Under the pieces are notes generated by a model that was not told where the DNA came from, did no database searches, and was given only the letters and a program-made list of their open reading frames with translations. A stretch of 64,000 nt of DNA from UHGV virus genome UHGV-0382128, one strand, 5' to 3'. Below are positions 63,279-64,000 of this stretch, one piece after another (position 1 is the stretch's first letter; the number at the start of each line of letters is the position of its first letter). The stretch comes from a virus. The position numbers were made by a program, and so were the translations under genes.

Positions 63279-63638
63279 TTAGTGTGTTACAGTGTTAGTG
63301 ATAAAACGCACATTCTTCTTGGTACGTTTAATGGACGTGTTTGCAACGTAGTCCAATGCGGACTCTACGTGAACGGTTACTGAGCAACGACCCTTAACGG
63401 AATTAAAACTAATCTGATATTTCAGACGAATCGCATCAGCAACTTTCATCATAATCGGCAAGCTTAAACGTTCTACGCGTTCGTTCTTAATAGATGAGAT
63501 AACGGGTTGTGAAACTTTCGCAAGCTGGGCAAGCTCACGCTGGGTAATGTCTTTCGTGGTCAAATGACAAACTACGTAAGACAAATGAAGCCCAAATTTA
63601 CGTTTTGCCAGAACGATGGAATTGTGATTGTAAGCCAC
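63279..63638 (-). CDS. helix-turn-helix DNA-binding protein (putative transcriptional regulator), GTG start
   Basis: ITQRELAQLAKVSQPVISSIKN resembles an XRE-type HTH; AAGGAG RBS; follows promoter-motif copy 5. Confidence 0.5.
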   Translation of the reverse strand: MAYNHNSIVLAKRKFGLHLSYVVCHLTTKDITQRELAQLAKVSQPVISSIKNERVERLSLPIMMKVADAIRLKYQISFNSVKGRCSVTVHVESALDYVANTSIKRTKKNVRFITNTVTH

Positions 63639-63674
63639 GGTAATACTCCTTTAGGTTAACAAGTCGGTGTAAAG

Positions 63675-63712
63675 AGTTAATTGTAACTCTCACCTAAGTA
63701 ATATATATCTGA
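63675..63712 (-). promoter_or_regulatory. conserved promoter-like motif plus leader, copy 5
   Basis: TTCTCAGATATATATTACTTAGGTGAGAGTTACAATTAACTC; preceded by terminator 63727-63752 and T-run. Confidence 0.55.
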
Positions 63713-63752
63713 GAAAAAATAAAATATAGGTACCACCGTTGGGTGGTACCTA
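63711..63752 (-). terminator. rho-independent terminator
   Basis: TAGGTACCACC-loop-GGTGGTACCTA hairpin followed by TATATTTTATTTTTT on the minus strand. Confidence 0.65.
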
Positions 63753-63757
63753 AGCGG

Positions 63758-64000
63758 TTAGTTTGCTAAAATGTGCGTAACAATCTCTGCGGCTTTCAAA
63801 CGGTAATCGTCATTCTGCGTTACCGGTAATAACGTGTGAAGACAACCGCCTTCTGTTAAGATGTGGTGCGCGAATCGATAATGGTCGCGTAAGCCATCCC
63901 AACATTGGTTGTCTTTTAGATACTTAACTGTAAGTACCTCATCATCCCAATTCTTACCTTGTTCTTCTACACGTTTCTTAAATCGCGCTAACGCTGTTGG
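63758..64000 (-). CDS. 3' end of a minus-strand gene extending beyond the window (partial CDS)
   Basis: Hand-translated open frame ...KYLKDNQCWDGLRDHYRFAHHILTEGGCLHTLLPVTQNDDYRLKAAEIVTHILAN* ending at TAA 63758-63760, followed by a terminator. Confidence 0.45.
   Translation of the reverse strand, partial: PTALARFKKRVEEQGKNWDDEVLTVKYLKDNQCWDGLRDHYRFAHHILTEGGCLHTLLPVTQNDDYRLKAAEIVTHILAN

Noticed and set aside
1-64000. Prophage integration features (integrase, att sites, transposase) or plasmid functions
   Set aside because: No recombinase-like ORF or flanking direct repeats were seen; gene content and organisation look like a virulent phage.

Overview
This window reads as a densely coded segment of a large virulent tailed-phage genome; the host is probably enterobacterial (inferred from a Dam methyltransferase very close to E. 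coli Dam and a YhcN/BhsA-type DUF1471 domain), but no search was run. Layout: (i) 60-6626, minus strand: small secreted proteins and a four-member paralog family, driven by a conserved AT-rich promoter-like motif followed by a leader hairpin; (ii) 9524-24562, plus strand: four consecutive very large fibre-like proteins sharing an N-terminal motif; (iii) 24630-31419, plus strand: the most unusual feature, three paralogous Cys/Ser/Gly-rich leader+core 'precursor-like' genes interleaved with three radical-SAM enzymes (two Cx3Cx2C paralogs and one with a SPASM-like C-terminus) plus three unknown proteins, i.e. a candidate phage-encoded radical-SAM peptide/protein modification system; (iv) 33360-35225, minus strand: lysis-type genes (M15-like peptidase, DUF1353-like, GH108-like muramidase); (v) 35297-44561, minus strand: many small paralogous hypothetical genes; (vi) 44687-54011, minus strand: a second fibre module with an SGNH-esterase tailspike, a 1479-aa fibre with tandem repeats and a C-terminal S74 chaperone domain, two receptor-binding-like paralogs and a small lipoprotein; (vii) 54066-64000, minus strand: small hypothetical genes, Dam methyltransferase, a GNAT-domain protein and an HTH protein. 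Five 9-10 nt G/C homopolymer tracts occur; two of them interrupt reading frames that paralogy shows should be continuous. No rRNA, tRNA, CRISPR array, integrase or transposase was recognised by eye. All functional calls rest on motif recognition from the translations and are unverified.
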